Origin: Methanopyrus kandleri AV19 | GTDB taxonomy: Archaea; JAADCQ01; Methanopyri; Methanopyrales; Methanopyraceae | Assembly: GCF_000007185.1 (NCBI RefSeq) | Contig: NC_003551.1 | Location: 30,001 to 62,000, forward strand | Length of the DNA: 32,000 bases | Reading direction: 5' to 3' | Shown here: piece by piece, positions 25,068 to 32,000 of the stretch | Numbering within the stretch: the first letter of the stretch is position 1 | Layout of the letters: the number at the start of each line of letters is the position of its first letter | Position numbers and translations under genes: made by a program | The notes under the pieces: generated by a model | Told to the model about the DNA's origin: nothing | Seen by the model: only the letters and a program-made list of their open reading frames with translations | The model's database searches: none

Positions 25068-25221
25068 GGGCCCGCGGTGTAGCCAGGTCTATCATGCGGG
25101 GCTCCAGGGACCCGCCGATGACTTCCATGGGGTGTGCCGGACCTGGTGGGGAGACCCCTGGAGCGACGAGGCGGGTCGAAGACACCCCGTGACCCGGGTT
25201 CAAATCCCGGCGGGCCCACCA
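25068..25221 (+). tRNA. tRNA-Trp (anticodon CCA at 25104-25106) with a 76-nt intron after position 37; CCA end encoded, C at position 8
   Basis: 5' exon 25068-25107 reads GGGCCCG-CG-...-CGGGG-CUCCAG. 3' exon 25184-25221 reads A-CCCCG-UGAC-CCGGG-UUCAAAU-CCCGG-CGGGCCC-A-CCA. Joining the exons restores the anticodon stem CGGGG/CCCCG and the loop CUCCAGA. Confidence 0.9.
25108..25183 (+). ncRNA. tRNA-Trp intron with box C/D guide architecture (predicted 2'-O-methylation guide for C34 and C39)
   Basis: An 8-bp terminal stem pairs GACCCGCC (25109-25116) with GGCGGGTC (25170-25177). It is flanked on the inside by GAUGA (C box core, 25117-25121) and ACGA (D-box-like xxGA, 25166-25169). Guide CCCTGGAGC (25156-25164) pairs with exon/intron GCTCCAGGG, placing C34 opposite the 5th nt upstream of the D-like box. 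Guide CCATGGGGTGT (25125-25135) pairs across the 3' splice junction, placing C39 opposite the 5th nt upstream of a degenerate D' (CCGGA). Confidence 0.65.
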
Positions 25222-25231
25222 AGGCCCAAAT

Positions 25232-25250
25232 CGTTATGAAAACCATAACG
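25232..25250. terminator. AT-rich trailer hairpin after tRNA-Trp (between convergent genes)
   Basis: CGTTATG-aaaac-CATAACG, a perfect 7-bp stem starting 11 nt after the CCA. Confidence 0.45.
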
Positions 25251-25283
25251 GTAGCTCCGTCGGTGGGAGCACTCACCTGCTGC

Positions 25284-25847
25284 TCACTCTCCGAGTTCCT
25301 TCTTGATCAAGTGCCCGATAACGGCGGTAACAGCCCCGATGGCCGTGGCGGTTTCGAGGGAGATCCTACGGCCGGTGATGTCGAGGTGGTACTCACACGC
25401 TTCGAGTACCTCAGCGGGCAGTCCACGCCGTCCTAGGCCGAAAACCAGGGTTACAGATCGGGGCCGGAGGATTTCTCGAACCACGTCCTCGGGTTCGATG
25501 GCCTTCCGCTCGTCGGGACGACACGTCGTCCCGACGATCGTACCGAGTTGAGGTGGGAAGCCACGCACTGGGTAGTCGTAAACCTCCAACAGGTTGCGCT
25601 CGGCCAGCACCAGCACCTCACGTCCCGAAGCGCCGATAGTGGTCTCCTCGGCGACGTACTCGGCGAGTTCGTGCGGAGTCTCCACGCCCAGATCGTCGAG
25701 TGGGAACCCGAAGAGAGCGAGCTTGAAGTCGAAGGCCACGCAGAGCGGTGCTGCCCGGGCGATCGTCCGGGCGTGTATCTCGTGGAAGCGCCGCGGGTCG
25801 TAGGAATTGTACAGGCCGATAGTCACCCTGCCAGCGCGCTTAGGCAT
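25284..25847 (-). CDS. conserved hypothetical protein, tentatively SPOUT (alpha/beta-knot) methyltransferase-like
   Basis: 187 aa. Start overlaps the upstream gene by 8 nt. The C-terminal GLGRRGLPAEVLE...DITGRRISLETATAIGAV resembles the SPOUT knot region. The functional call is weak. Confidence 0.5.
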   Translation of the reverse strand: MPKRAGRVTIGLYNSYDPRRFHEIHARTIARAAPLCVAFDFKLALFGFPLDDLGVETPHELAEYVAEETTIGASGREVLVLAERNLLEVYDYPVRGFPPQLGTIVGTTCRPDERKAIEPEDVVREILRPRSVTLVFGLGRRGLPAEVLEACEYHLDITGRRISLETATAIGAVTAVIGHLIKKELGE

Positions 25848-26433
25848 CGCTGGAAGATTCCCCCTTGGTCACTCCGGTGGCGATGAAGTGGGCGACCCGG
25901 ATAGGTTCGGGAAGACGGTGGCGAGTCGCCGTGCGTTTGAGCACTACTCTAGCGACGTCAGGTTCGACTCCGGCGCACTGGAAGTAGACTGGGGGCTCGT
26001 CCCGACGTGTTTTCACGCTGTGAACCGGGCCGGCCCTGAGGACTATCTTCCGGCGTTCCTCGGTGCGGTCCAGGTTACTCAGAGCGGAGACCACGGAGGC
26101 CACGTCGGGCCGGCGCTTGATCACGGAGATCACGGGTAGGCCCGTTTCCTCGTGTAGCTTTTTAATGTCCAGAACGTTGAACCCCGCGAACGTGATTCCG
26201 TCGGTCAGGATTACGCGCAGTTGAGGCCTGTGTTTTGATCTGTTAACCATCTCCGCGATCCGATCGGTGACGTCGAGACCGTCGACGGTGACCTCCGTGC
26301 TCATCACGCCGTCGATCCACTGTCCGCCACGCATCACGACACCGACAACGAGTGCCCTATCGTCCTCGGGACCGTAGTAGCCGTCGTCGATTCCCAACAC
26401 CCTGATCTCGGGCTTCACCTCTCTGAGCTTCAA
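25840..26433 (-). CDS. DUF99 / UPF0215 family protein (endonuclease-V-like fold family)
   Basis: 197 aa with VLGIDDGYY, VTVDGLDVTD and LTDGITFAGFNVLD, as in UPF0215 proteins. 4-nt overlap with rpoL. Confidence 0.75.
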   Translation of the reverse strand: MKLREVKPEIRVLGIDDGYYGPEDDRALVVGVVMRGGQWIDGVMSTEVTVDGLDVTDRIAEMVNRSKHRPQLRVILTDGITFAGFNVLDIKKLHEETGLPVISVIKRRPDVASVVSALSNLDRTEERRKIVLRAGPVHSVKTRRDEPPVYFQCAGVEPDVARVVLKRTATRHRLPEPIRVAHFIATGVTKGESSSDA

Positions 26434-26768
26434 CTTTCCTTCTCCTCCAGCGCCCCCGAGAACTCCTCCTTCGCTTCTTCCACCAGCTCCAGCAGTTCCT
26501 CTATGGCCCGCTCGAGGGCTTCTCTGGCGTCGGCGTCCTCATCGACAGCCCGTATACGCATCTTCGGCGGTACGTACCGTTCTTCGTCGACTTTGTGTTC
26601 TTTACCGAGTATAGGGTGCTCAATCCTGTAAGTTGCGATGATTCCGTCCTGCCGGTTTAAGGCCCACCTTAAGAGATTACATAACGTGTGGTCCTCACCG
26701 GGCAGCTCGAGTAGGACCTCATCTTTATCGTATTTCTTAACGACAACTTCAACCTCGGGCAGTTTCAC
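26430..26768 (-). CDS. rpoL: DNA-directed RNA polymerase subunit L (Rpo11)
   Basis: 112 aa with GEDHTLCNLLRWAL...ATYRIEHP, the RpoL/Rpb11 signature. It carries a short internal insertion and an acidic tail. Confidence 0.85.
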   Translation of the reverse strand: MKLPEVEVVVKKYDKDEVLLELPGEDHTLCNLLRWALNRQDGIIATYRIEHPILGKEHKVDEERYVPPKMRIRAVDEDADAREALERAIEELLELVEEAKEEFSGALEEKES

Positions 26769-26783
26769 GGCACCTTCACCCCG

Positions 26784-27464
26784 TCACAAGGGTTCATGGA
26801 GGAAGTCCTCCAGGGTTTTACCCCTACCTTTACGGGCTTTCCGGAGCTCGGACGCTATCTCCTCTAATTTGCGCTCCGTGGACTTCGGGTCCTCCCGGAG
26901 CTCACAACGTCCATCTTCTCCCTCCCGGAGTACTCCCCGTTCGATGGCCTCGTAGGCCAGGTCCATAGGGTCGACGTCGTACTCGTGGGAAAGGATGGCC
27001 AGCATTCGACGCACGGGTTCCGACGCCGCGTAAAACCTGGCCTCGCGGTAAGCCTCGGCGAGTTCTCTAACGAACTCGCGGAGCTCACTCATGGGCGCGT
27101 TCGTGGTGATCCACGGACCACGAACCCTCACCCGGTAGCCCCGGCGGCGGAGTGCGTCGCGCAGTAGCTCGGATGGTATCTTCGGGGCACCGGCTTCCCT
27201 GCAGATCGTACTCAGATGGAGCCTAACCTGCTTCTCTTCTTCCGACTCGGACAGGACGGTCCTGCGAAGTTCTCCCAACTTGCGGATGTGAGCTTTGACC
27301 GCGGCATGCGGGCCGAATACCTTCACTTTAACCCGGGTACCGCGAAGCTCCACGACGGTGTCTACACCTCGGGCCTGAGTGGCTTCGACGGCACGGAGGA
27401 ATCGCTGGGCGGAGTCACGGTCGGGGAAGGTGAATGTTATCTCGCGCTTCTCCATCTTAGGCAT
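26784..27464 (-). CDS. conserved archaeal hypothetical protein located between csl4 and rpoL
   Basis: Protein-like composition. I prefer ATG 27464 (MPKMEKREITF), which has GGAGG 9 nt upstream. ATG 27455 is also possible. The track start at 27497 overlaps csl4 by 41 nt. Confidence 0.65.
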   Translation of the reverse strand: MPKMEKREITFTFPDRDSAQRFLRAVEATQARGVDTVVELRGTRVKVKVFGPHAAVKAHIRKLGELRRTVLSESEEEKQVRLHLSTICREAGAPKIPSELLRDALRRRGYRVRVRGPWITTNAPMSELREFVRELAEAYREARFYAASEPVRRMLAILSHEYDVDPMDLAYEAIERGVLREGEDGRCELREDPKSTERKLEEIASELRKARKGRGKTLEDFLHEPL

Positions 27465-28047
27465 CGCTCTCGGCCTCCCGCAAGTAGCCGGCCGCAACTT
27501 TTCTTGTCTCGGTGTGACCGCACACGGGGCAACGGAGAGTCCGACCCTTCACCTTTTCGAGCTCGGATCTACATCGGGTGCAGTACGCGAGGACCACCCC
27601 GTATTCTTTACCCACAGTGGACAGCTGTACCGGCATCTTGGTGCTCACGACTCGAGCGCGAACGATGTCTCCGGGCTGAAACTCGTCGGCCAGATCCTCC
27701 ACGTAGGCGTCTCTGACCTTTGAGATATGGATCCCTCCCACTCCGGAGGTTGGGGGCTCACGGTCCGTCCGATCGTCCACGAAGCATATCTTGACGAGAA
27801 CGACCTGCTCTTTCACCGACTGTACTCGTCCGATCACCGAGGCTCCCCGTTTCAATTTCGGTGGTGTGTCCACGTACGGTTCGACGCGAACCTCACGCTC
27901 CTCGAGATCCACTTCCACTCGCCCGGTGATGGCGGCCCGAACGACACCACCATCCTCGTAGGTACCTGGGCCAGGGTAGAACGCCTCCGCCACGGTTATC
28001 TTGTCGCCGGGCAGTACGAACTTCCCGGGCTCCACGTAGCGTCTCAC
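27457..28047 (-). CDS. csl4: exosome complex RNA-binding subunit Csl4
   Basis: S1-like core (GDIVRARVVS...) and a C-terminal zinc ribbon CTRCRSEL...CPVCGHTE. Start reassigned to GTG 28047, which overlaps the upstream TGA in a GTGA junction and gives a family-typical length of about 196 aa (MRRYVEPGKFVLPGDKI). Confidence 0.85.
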   Translation of the reverse strand: MRRYVEPGKFVLPGDKITVAEAFYPGPGTYEDGGVVRAAITGRVEVDLEEREVRVEPYVDTPPKLKRGASVIGRVQSVKEQVVLVKICFVDDRTDREPPTSGVGGIHISKVRDAYVEDLADEFQPGDIVRARVVSTKMPVQLSTVGKEYGVVLAYCTRCRSELEKVKGRTLRCPVCGHTETRKVAAGYLREAESDA

Positions 28048-29066
28048 GACTTCCTCGTCCGGGCGCTTTCGACCTGTCTCTTCACCTCCTCCCCGAACAG
28101 TCTCAGGAACTCCTCGACCCTGCTTTCGGGGACGACGCCCCCGGCCGCCGGTGCGTGTCCACCGCCCTTTCCGCCCACCTCGGTCGCCGCCTTTCTGATC
28201 GCTCGGGCTACGTCGATTTCCTCTCCCTCGACTACCCGGGCGCTGATCTTTCCCCGTCGAACGCATACGCCCACGGGTCTTCGCTTCACGCCCGCTACGT
28301 GGGATGCGACCCTTCCGGTCATCGCGGGGTGGACGTCGTCCATGATCGCGTACGCGACGACTTCGTTCAGGCATTCCGCCACCTCCCTCGCCCGACGGAG
28401 CACCTCGTGTTCCTCTGCCATAGCATCGCGAGCGAGCTCATACACTTCGTCCAGCTCGGAGACGGGAGTCTCCGGGAGCTTGAGCGCCAACTCCCGGCGG
28501 TCTTCACCATCCATCCGGATCAGCGCGTAGTCGAGCAGGCTCGCCTCCGTGTAAACCTTGCGCCGGTCGTACATCTTGAGGGTCTCTCGGAGTACTCGGG
28601 AGTACTCCTCGGCGTAGTCTGTGAAGGCTGCGTATGCGGCGATGAGTCGTAGGTCACGCTCGTGCAGATCGACCGTGGCCCAATAGCAGAGCTCGGCCGC
28701 ACAGAGCCTGGTGTCGTGGATGAACACGTCGGGTCGCACGTCCTCGAGTACCTGGTGATGGTCTACGACGATCACCCGACACCCCTCGGACTTGGCGTCG
28801 TGAATCGCCGTCTCCCCGGTAGACCCTAGGTCCGCGGCTATCAGCACATCACACTCCGGAGCGATTCCGGAGACGACTTCCTCGAAGTTAGCGGGAGGGG
28901 AGAAGTACAGCACGAAGTCCGCCCCGACGTTGTTCAGCACGTGACCGAGGATCGCGGCGCTCGCCAACCCGTCCACGTCGATATCCGAAATTACCGCGAC
29001 TCGCTCGTCCTTCAGTTTCTTCAGGTGGGGGACCAGCGCGTTCCTTACCTCCTTAGTGGGGTCCAA
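28044..29066 (-). CDS. DHH/DHHA1-family phosphoesterase (NrnA/RecJ-like nuclease)
   Basis: 340 aa with all motifs present: DIDVDGLAS, VVDHHQ and GGGHAPAAGG. Confidence 0.85.
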   Translation of the reverse strand: MDPTKEVRNALVPHLKKLKDERVAVISDIDVDGLASAAILGHVLNNVGADFVLYFSPPANFEEVVSGIAPECDVLIAADLGSTGETAIHDAKSEGCRVIVVDHHQVLEDVRPDVFIHDTRLCAAELCYWATVDLHERDLRLIAAYAAFTDYAEEYSRVLRETLKMYDRRKVYTEASLLDYALIRMDGEDRRELALKLPETPVSELDEVYELARDAMAEEHEVLRRAREVAECLNEVVAYAIMDDVHPAMTGRVASHVAGVKRRPVGVCVRRGKISARVVEGEEIDVARAIRKAATEVGGKGGGHAPAAGGVVPESRVEEFLRLFGEEVKRQVESARTRKS

Positions 29067-29082
29067 GGGAAACCCCCTTCCG

Positions 29083-29697
29083 TTAGTCGACCTTTTTAAA
29101 GACTAGAACCACAGCATCTACGTGACGGATCCTGCTCCGATGATGAGGGTACATCGCAGGGATAGGGAATCGGACTACTCCGATGGCGTCACATGTAGCC
29201 CCCAATTCACGGGCACGCCGCTTCCAAAACTCTTCCGTACCCGCGCGATGGAGGGAGACCACACCGGATGACGCCTCCAGGGCGACCTCTACGAACGGTC
29301 GATCGGCGCCGCGCCGCTGGGCTCCGAAGGGAGGATTCATTATAGTAACGTCGTACTGATCCTCGGGCTCGAAATCCCGGACGTCCGCCTCGACGACTTC
29401 CACTCTGTCCTCGACGCCGGCCCTTTTCACGTTCCTCCGTGCCACCTCAACGGCCTTCGAGTCGACCTCCACACACGTGACCTCGCACGCCCCGGCCAGC
29501 GCCGCACCGATACCTATCCTACCCGTACCGGCTCCGAGGTCGAGTACGCGCGAGCATTCGAGCCCGAACTCCCGATCGGCGATCGAGAGCAGTACTCGGA
29601 CTATCTCCCCGGGAGTTTCGTACTGCTCGAGAGATAGTTTCGGTTCCGGAAATCCCTCCAACCCGTCGAGCTCCATCGCCAGTCGGCGATCGATCAA
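29083..29697 (-). CDS. METTL5-like / COG2263-type N6-adenine RNA methyltransferase
   Basis: 204 aa with the SAM motif VLDLGAGTGRIG and the catalytic IMNPPFG. Confidence 0.8.
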   Translation of the reverse strand: MIDRRLAMELDGLEGFPEPKLSLEQYETPGEIVRVLLSIADREFGLECSRVLDLGAGTGRIGIGAALAGACEVTCVEVDSKAVEVARRNVKRAGVEDRVEVVEADVRDFEPEDQYDVTIMNPPFGAQRRGADRPFVEVALEASSGVVSLHRAGTEEFWKRRARELGATCDAIGVVRFPIPAMYPHHRSRIRHVDAVVLVFKKVD

Positions 29698-29882
29698 AGC
29701 CTTTCACGCACCCTCCGCTCCCGTTCGGCCTCCTTCCACCACTCTGGTCCTTTACCCAAACGCTCCTCGGGATCCATCCGCACGAACTTCTTCTCCCCGC
29801 AGTACGGGCACTCAGGAGGAGTTCGCTTTCGACCCACCCTCTTACCGCACGATGCGCAGATTATGTGTTCCGGCAACATCAT
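29694..29882 (-). CDS. small zinc-ribbon protein (first gene of the operon)
   Basis: MMLPEHIICASCGKRVGRKRTPPECPYCGEKKFVRMDPEE... contains CxxC-N13-CxxC. The stop overlaps the MTase start by 4 nt. Start taken at ATG 29882, because the track's longer N-terminus is not protein-like and overlaps the divergent gene. Confidence 0.55.
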   Translation of the reverse strand: MMLPEHIICASCGKRVGRKRTPPECPYCGEKKFVRMDPEERLGKGPEWWKEAERERRVRERL

Positions 29883-29907
29883 CCCCCCAATTGGGGGTAC
29901 GTCCGAG

Positions 29908-30720
29908 ATGCCCGCGGGTCCGGTGCACTTGGTGTACGGAGTCCTATTGGCGGTGACGTCGTACCCACAGAACCCGGAATACGGCGGGATGATCGTGTAC
30001 GCGTCATTAGCACCGGACTTCGCCACAGCGGCCTACAACGACCGGTACTCGGACTTGAGGTACGTGGATTACCGGTGGGCCCACGATCCCACGCACGTTT
30101 ACGATTACGCATCTGTGATAGTTGAGCGGACGACATCCAGGACGCTTCAGGGGGTCGACGAGAAGGTGGCCCTATGGTGTGCGGAAACGGGTATTGCCAG
30201 TCATCTTCTCTTAGACCTTTACACACATGTCAAGACATCGCCGATTAAGGAATGGAGGGAACAAGCCGGCATCAGGACGGTGCTCCAGGAGTTTTACTAC
30301 CCATGGCAGGAGAACGCGGTGGAGTTCGCACGTTGGGCACTGGGACGGGCTATTCGGGTGTTCGGTAACCCGGACGAGTTCTGGCGGTACGTAGACGGGG
30401 CATGCGCGGTCGCGGAACAGCTCATGGGCGACTACGTCATCAGCGCTTACCTCAGGAGGCTATCGGAACGCTACTTCGGAGATCCCGACTTGCACCTGGC
30501 CGACTGGTTGAGATGGTTCTATCGAAATTACGGTTGGGAAGAAAACGCCACGGACGCGTTCATTATCGATGGTGTAAGAATTCCGGCCGATCCGGTGGAA
30601 CTTTTGTCGTGGATTAGTCAGTGGGATCCGCGGGTAGTCCCCATGCGGCCACCTCAGTCGGGCGGTGGTGGGTCGTTGCTCTTACCGGTGTTCCCGGTAC
30701 CGCCGGTACGCCGGCGCTAG
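29908..30720 (+). CDS. hypothetical aromatic-rich protein
   Basis: ORF 29863-30720. Start ambiguous (ATG 29863, 29908 or 29989). Trp/Tyr-rich sequence (YVDYRWAHDPTHVYDY, WLRWFYRNYGWEE). I recognise no family. Confidence 0.55.
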   Translation: MPAGPVHLVYGVLLAVTSYPQNPEYGGMIVYASLAPDFATAAYNDRYSDLRYVDYRWAHDPTHVYDYASVIVERTTSRTLQGVDEKVALWCAETGIASHLLLDLYTHVKTSPIKEWREQAGIRTVLQEFYYPWQENAVEFARWALGRAIRVFGNPDEFWRYVDGACAVAEQLMGDYVISAYLRRLSERYFGDPDLHLADWLRWFYRNYGWEENATDAFIIDGVRIPADPVELLSWISQWDPRVVPMRPPQSGGGGSLLLPVFPVPPVRRR

Positions 30721-31100
30721 CCCGGCACCCAGATGTATTTCTTACCGGCCTTGTACACCGCACCGCCGAGCTTCTTCATGTGACCGAGTTGTGCACCACC
30801 GCGTTTCGCCCTAGCGACCTCCTTGAACTGCTCCACTTTGAGTCCGGAAGGGGTGCGGTAGATCTTCGTGACGGTAACCTTACCCGTGGTAGTCTTGGTG
30901 ATGATAGTGGCCTCCGACGTTTTCGGACTGAGGATCTTGGTGAGACCGTAGCTGGAGGACATGGTGATGATGAACGCTAGGGCGAAAACCATCGCCGCGT
31001 CGAACAGGTTGGCGACACCGGTCAGTGGGTCGTCATCGTTGTCACCGCCGTCCAGGAACCTCCTACGACGCCGTCGTCTCAGATACCGGGGCAACGTCAT
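30717..31100 (-). CDS. ExbD/TolR-like single-pass membrane protein (DUF2149-like)
   Basis: 127 aa with an Arg-rich N-terminus, then PLTGVANLFDAAMVFALAFIITM resembling the ExbD/TolR TM segment. 4-nt overlap with the upstream MotA/ExbB-like gene. Confidence 0.65.
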   Translation of the reverse strand: MTLPRYLRRRRRRRFLDGGDNDDDPLTGVANLFDAAMVFALAFIITMSSSYGLTKILSPKTSEATIITKTTTGKVTVTKIYRTPSGLKVEQFKEVARAKRGGAQLGHMKKLGGAVYKAGKKYIWVPG

Positions 31101-31705
31101 CCCCCGAACTCGCGTTGGAGTATAGTCTCAGCCAGGAATTCGAGATCCGAGACGTCCTTTCGGTACCATCTAGATCTGAACAATGTGATCACGTAACAAG
31201 CTCCAGCGGATGCCAGACCGACTACCGTGGTCGCGAACGCCGTGATCAGAGACGTCGCTAAGCCCGCGATGTTACCTTTAGCCAGCTGCTCCAATCCCGG
31301 TCCCAAGGGGATCAGCGTCCCCATCAGTCCCAACATGGGACCTAGACGCACGACAATCCTCGTCCTACTGACTTTGCTAGCCAGGAAGTTTTCGAGGTTC
31401 TCCAGCTCCTTTTCGACCTTCAAACTGGCCTCGTCCGCCGAATCGGACTTTTCGACGATCTTCTCGACTCTCCTCAGGAACTCCGAGAAGTGGGGAGGAA
31501 GTCGCTTCACGTCCGGAAACTTATCTGCGATCTGTTCGAGATCCTTCCTGGTAAACCTGGGCCGGTAGGCCACCTCACGGAGGAATATAGCCAGCTCCAT
31601 CAGAGAGTAAGCCAAGAACAGCAGCAACAGTACTATCGTCGGGTAAAACAACAGCTCCATTACCACGTACAGAGCCTGAGTTATCGCCGTCGCGATGCTA
31701 ACCAT
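31097..31705 (-). CDS. MotA/TolQ/ExbB-family proton channel protein
   Basis: 202 aa with 3 TM segments. GPMLGLMGTLIPLGPGL and LITAFATTVVGL match the ExbB/TolQ channel signature region. Confidence 0.8.
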   Translation of the reverse strand: MVSIATAITQALYVVMELLFYPTIVLLLLFLAYSLMELAIFLREVAYRPRFTRKDLEQIADKFPDVKRLPPHFSEFLRRVEKIVEKSDSADEASLKVEKELENLENFLASKVSRTRIVVRLGPMLGLMGTLIPLGPGLEQLAKGNIAGLATSLITAFATTVVGLASAGACYVITLFRSRWYRKDVSDLEFLAETILQREFGG

Positions 31706-32000
31706 TCGATCACCGCCCTGATGATATCGTCGATCGGGTTATCCGGTGGGTAGTTTCCTCGTGAAGCCTTGCGCACCGCCCATAGGTACCCGAACGCCAT
31801 CAAAGCCAGGAACAGTAACGCCCATGGGCCTATTTTCGAAGGGCTCGGAAGGGCCAGCTTGAGTTTAGGTGCTCGCTTCCATAACGGATAGGCCCACGCG
31901 ATAATCCCCGTGATCACGAAAAGGAGTCCTACTAAGTTCTCGAGGCCACTAAGGGCCACGGCCGGGGGAACTTTGAGGACCTCGATAACCGCATCGGCGA
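31681..32000 (-). CDS. integral membrane protein, probably truncated by the right edge (first gene of the ExbB-like cluster)
   Basis: The frame stays open upstream of the track's GTG at 31959 all the way to position 32000 (..ADAVIEVLKVPPAVALSGLENLVGLLFVITGIIAW..). It has two hydrophobic helices and overlaps the ExbB-like gene by 25 nt. Confidence 0.5.
   Translation of the reverse strand, partial: ADAVIEVLKVPPAVALSGLENLVGLLFVITGIIAWAYPLWKRAPKLKLALPSPSKIGPWALLFLALMAFGYLWAVRKASRGNYPPDNPIDDIIRAVIEWLASRRR

Noticed and set aside
28048-28374. A 109-aa Arg/Gly/Pro-rich N-terminal extension of the Csl4 ORF (track ORF 27457-28374, 305 aa) that could be read as a novel basic RNA-binding domain.
   Set aside because: It lies entirely inside the well-supported DHH phosphoesterase gene in another frame. 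It is low-complexity, as expected for an off-frame read of GC-rich coding DNA. A GTG at 28047 overlaps the DHH stop (GTGA) and yields a Csl4 of normal length.
29883-30026. The 48-aa N-terminal extension of the zinc-ribbon ORF (track ORF 29694-30026).
   Set aside because: It is not protein-like for this genome and overlaps the divergent gene. The tandem ATG at 29882/29879 starts directly before the CxxC...CxxC ribbon.
30898-30975. GUGAUGA ... CUGA ... GUGAUGAUGA on the plus strand, considered as a C/D sRNA antisense to the ExbD-like gene. Other isolated RUGAUGA matches occur inside CDSs (2523, 6975, 11477, 19743, 21247, 22427, 29130).
   Set aside because: The box order and spacing (23 nt from C to CUGA, and no D box after the second C-like box) do not fit the C-D'-C'-D architecture. 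The other hits lack a CUGA at a suitable distance and lie within coding sequence.

Overview
High-GC, tightly packed archaeal chromosome segment with about 40 genes, many with 1-8 nt start/stop overlaps. The content fits a hyperthermophilic methanogen of the Methanopyrus kandleri type. The evidence is a reverse gyrase large subunit that ends before the catalytic-tyrosine part, four tRNA genes that all encode C at position 8, and very acidic protein sequences. That assignment is inference, since no database search was possible. Content is mostly housekeeping. It includes Pelota, a KaiC-like ATPase, an Nre-like repair protein, NOP2/Sun and METTL5-like methyltransferases, three radical-SAM enzymes (including Taw1), Taw3, RgyB, a TtcA-like PP-loop ATPase, a rhomboid protease, amt-glnK, an 8-gene RNA-processing operon (Zn-ribbon, MTase, DHH, Csl4, unknown, RpoL, DUF99, SPOUT-like) and an ExbB/ExbD-like membrane cluster. 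RNA genes that the ORF track cannot show are an RNase P RNA of about 460 nt (10130-10590), tRNA-Gly(UCC), tRNA-Ala(GGC), tRNA-Ile(GAU) and an intron-containing tRNA-Trp(CCA). The tRNA-Trp intron has the architecture of a box C/D guide aimed at positions 34 and 39 of its own tRNA. Points worth a second look: a +1 frameshift splitting amt; a recurrent AT-rich hairpin with covariation directly downstream of the four tRNA genes and of glnK; the taw3-rgyB-unknown operon; a 606-aa protein built from about 8 winged-helix-like repeats; a KaiC-like ATPase with a Cys-rich partner; a candidate free-standing C/D sRNA; and two unassigned spacers. No CRISPR array, transposase, integrase or recognisable defence system was seen.
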